The position numbers and the translations under genes are program-made. DNA of 64,000 nucleotides from positions 917 through 64,916 of the forward strand of contig JAUZSJ010000005.1 in assembly GCA_030949555.1 (NCBI GenBank), given 5' to 3'. The notes below the pieces were generated by a model, which searched no databases, was not told the origin of the DNA, and saw nothing but the letters and a program-made list of their open reading frames with translations. Of this stretch, positions 61,823 through 64,000 are shown one piece after another; the first letter of the stretch is position 1, and every line of letters begins with the position of its first letter. The stretch is from Persephonella sp. (GTDB lineage Bacteria; Aquificota; Aquificia; Aquificales; Hydrogenothermaceae).

Positions 61823-62764
61823 TTACCTTCTGTAATGTTTTTCTGCTTTCAGCAGGAAAAATTTTGCTATAGCAAGTATTGTAAAGCTCATCAGAAACAG
61901 TATAAGTGCAAGATAGAAAAGGGATGACAGATATATGTCTGAATCAGCTTCCGTAAATTCATTTGCAAGGGTTACAGTTATTGTTGCAGCCGCATCTAAG
62001 AGGGAAGGGGTTATCTGATGTTTATTTCCAAGGACAAATGCAACCGCCATTGTTTCCCCTAAGGCTCTGCCGAGGGCCAGGACAATTCCCCCGTAAACTC
62101 CAAGTTTAGAGTAAGGTATGACTATATCCTTTATCACTTCCCATTTTGTTGCTCCAAGTGCATATGCTGATTCTTTTACAATATCAGGTGTCAGATTAAA
62201 AGAATCCCTTGATATGCTGGCAATAAATGGAGTTATCATAATGCTTAAGATAATACTTGCAGTCAGAAGGTCAACACCAATTGGGGTCCCTTCAAACAGT
62301 TTGTTTATAATAGGAACATTGCCAAATATTTTCTGTAGAGCAGGCTCTATATGTTCAGCCATAATGGGAGCGAGGGTGAATAGACCCCACATACCGTATA
62401 TAATACTTGGAATAGCTGCAAGCATCTCTATGGCTATACCTATCGGAGTTCTCAGGATATGGGGAGAGATTTCTGTCAGGAATATGGCAATACCTATAGA
62501 AACAGGAATAGCAATAAAAAGTGCGAGAATTGTGGTAACAAGAGTTCCATAGAGACTTGCAGCTGCTCCAAACACTTCCCTTACAGGGTTCCAGTCAACG
62601 GTGAATATAAAGTTTAAAAGACCAAATTTGTGGATAGCTAAGGAGGATTCGTTGTACAGAACTACTATTGTTGAAAATATAAGTGTAAGAATTGTAAAGG
62701 CTGCAGAGAAGGATATTAATCCAAAAATAAGGTCTGATAAGGGTAGTTTCTTCAGTTTTTTCAT
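61823..62764 (-). CDS. pstC: Phosphate ABC transporter permease
   Basis: AIPSIIYGMWG, ESAYALGATKWE, GRALGETMAV. Confidence 0.96.
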   Translation of the reverse strand: MKKLKKLPLSDLIFGLISFSAAFTILTLIFSTIVVLYNESSLAIHKFGLLNFIFTVDWNPVREVFGAAASLYGTLVTTILALFIAIPVSIGIAIFLTEISPHILRTPIGIAIEMLAAIPSIIYGMWGLFTLAPIMAEHIEPALQKIFGNVPIINKLFEGTPIGVDLLTASIILSIMITPFIASISRDSFNLTPDIVKESAYALGATKWEVIKDIVIPYSKLGVYGGIVLALGRALGETMAVAFVLGNKHQITPSLLDAAATITVTLANEFTEADSDIYLSSLFYLALILFLMSFTILAIAKFFLLKAEKHYRR

Positions 62765-62820
62765 TATCTATTGCTAAAACCCCACCTTACTCTTTTTGAA
62801 AAAAATTATAACAGAAATTT

Positions 62821-62847
62821 AAAAAAGGGGGCCCGGCAGCAGCCCCT
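62821..62847 (-). terminator. Hairpin/terminator after pstS
   Basis: Minus strand AGGGGC-loop-GCCCCC-TTTTTT. Confidence 0.65.
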
Positions 62848-62853
62848 GAAGAC

Positions 62854-63863
62854 TTAAGGATTTATTCCGTATTTTTCCCAGTATCTGTAAATCTTTTCCT
62901 TCAGCTCTTTAGGCAGAGGAACGTAATCAAGCTTTATAGCTATCTGGTCTCCGTTCTCAAAAGCCCACTTGTAAAATCTGTTTACTTTTTTGTTAGCATC
63001 AGTCTTTTCTCTTGCCTCTAATATGAAAGATGCTCCAGCTATAGGCCATGCATTTTTACCGGGAGCATTGACCATCCACAGGTAAAAATGCTTTTTAGGG
63101 TCAAAATCTGCTGTAGCACCTGCTGCTTTAAATGTCTCTATACTTGGAGCAACAAAGTTTCCAGCCTGATTTTTAAGGAGAGTGTAGCTTAGTTTGTTCT
63201 GTTTTGCATAGGCAAATTCCACATATCCAATTGAGTATTTAAGCCTTTTTACGTAGTTTGCCACCCCTTCATTTCCTTTTCCACCAATACCAACAGGCCA
63301 TTTAACGGCTTTTCCTGCTCCAACCTTTTCTTTCCAGTCAGGGCATACCTGTGACAGATATGTTGTGAATATGGCAGTAGTTCCAGAGCCGTCAGACCTG
63401 TGAACAACTTTTATCTCCTCATGAGGGAGATTAATGTTCGGATTTAGTTTTCTTACCTTTTCGTTATCCCAGTATTTTATATCTCCTAAAAATATATGGC
63501 AGATAGTATCTGAGTCTAACTTCAGTTTGCCAGCTTTCAATCCCGGAATATTAACAACCAGAACAACCCCACCTATTATTGCAGGAAACTGGTAAAGTTT
63601 GTATTCATCTAACTTTTCTGGTTTCAGTGGAGCGTCAGATGCTCCAAAATCAACAGTTCTGTTTTTTATCTGCCTTATTCCTCCACCTGAACCGATAGAT
63701 TGATAGTTAAGCTTTATACCGGTTTCTTTATAATACTGGTATGCCCATGCTGCATAAACTGGATAGGGAAATGTTGCTCCCCTGCTCCGCTTATTGTATC
63801 TCCTGCAAAAGAAGTTGATACGACACTCACGCTGCGACCAAACCCTGCCAGTATCTTTTTCAT
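62854..63863 (-). CDS. pstS: Phosphate-binding protein (indel near N-terminus)
   Basis: GATFP, YQSIGSGGG, DFGASD, HRSDGSGTT, GKGNEGV. Confidence 0.96.
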
Positions 63864-63882
63864 TATTCAAAACCTCCTCATT

Positions 63883-64000
63883 TTAGTAGTGAATTTCAGC
63901 AGTTATCATGTATTTAGTGTAGTCTTTTGAACTTCCTTTGTCATAATCTACAGTAATTCCGTTGACTATCCAGGTTACATATTTGTTCATGTGCCATGCA
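63883..64000 (-). CDS. 3' end of a probable outer-membrane beta-barrel (phosphate porin-like)
   Basis: AWHMNKYVTWIVNG...YMITAEIHY*, alternating pattern with terminal aromatic, directly upstream of pstS. Confidence 0.55.
   Translation of the reverse strand, partial: AWHMNKYVTWIVNGITVDYDKGSSKDYTKYMITAEIHY

Overview
Gene-dense, AT-rich bacterial chromosome segment. Gene content (glucosylglycerate genes linked to pst/phoU/phoR, type IV SQR, flagellar genes, Ogg2, class II RNR) points to Aquificota, Persephonella-like; this is an inference from gene content. Many genes, including essential ones such as gatA, gpsA, glnA, uvrB and pgsA, are broken by single-base indels, often in homopolymers. These are best read as long-read assembly errors, so genes are reported as reconstructed spans with approximate ends where broken. 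About 65 CDS are supported; no rRNA, tRNA, CRISPR array, IS or prophage was seen. Best leads: (1) a free-standing NUMOD4/HNH-HTH-RHH fusion gene preceded by two inverted repeats and coupled to queH; (2) two convergent small ORFs after uvrB that the ORF track misses, one behind a perfect sigma28 promoter; (3) a ~40-aa peptide gene directly behind sqr; (4) tandem ModE-like boxes at moaA while the only ModE in the window lacks its sensor domain; (5) a Thermococcales-like intein-less NrdJ with cobO and an internally deleted YyaL-like gene; (6) clear sigma28 and sigma54/NtrC sites.
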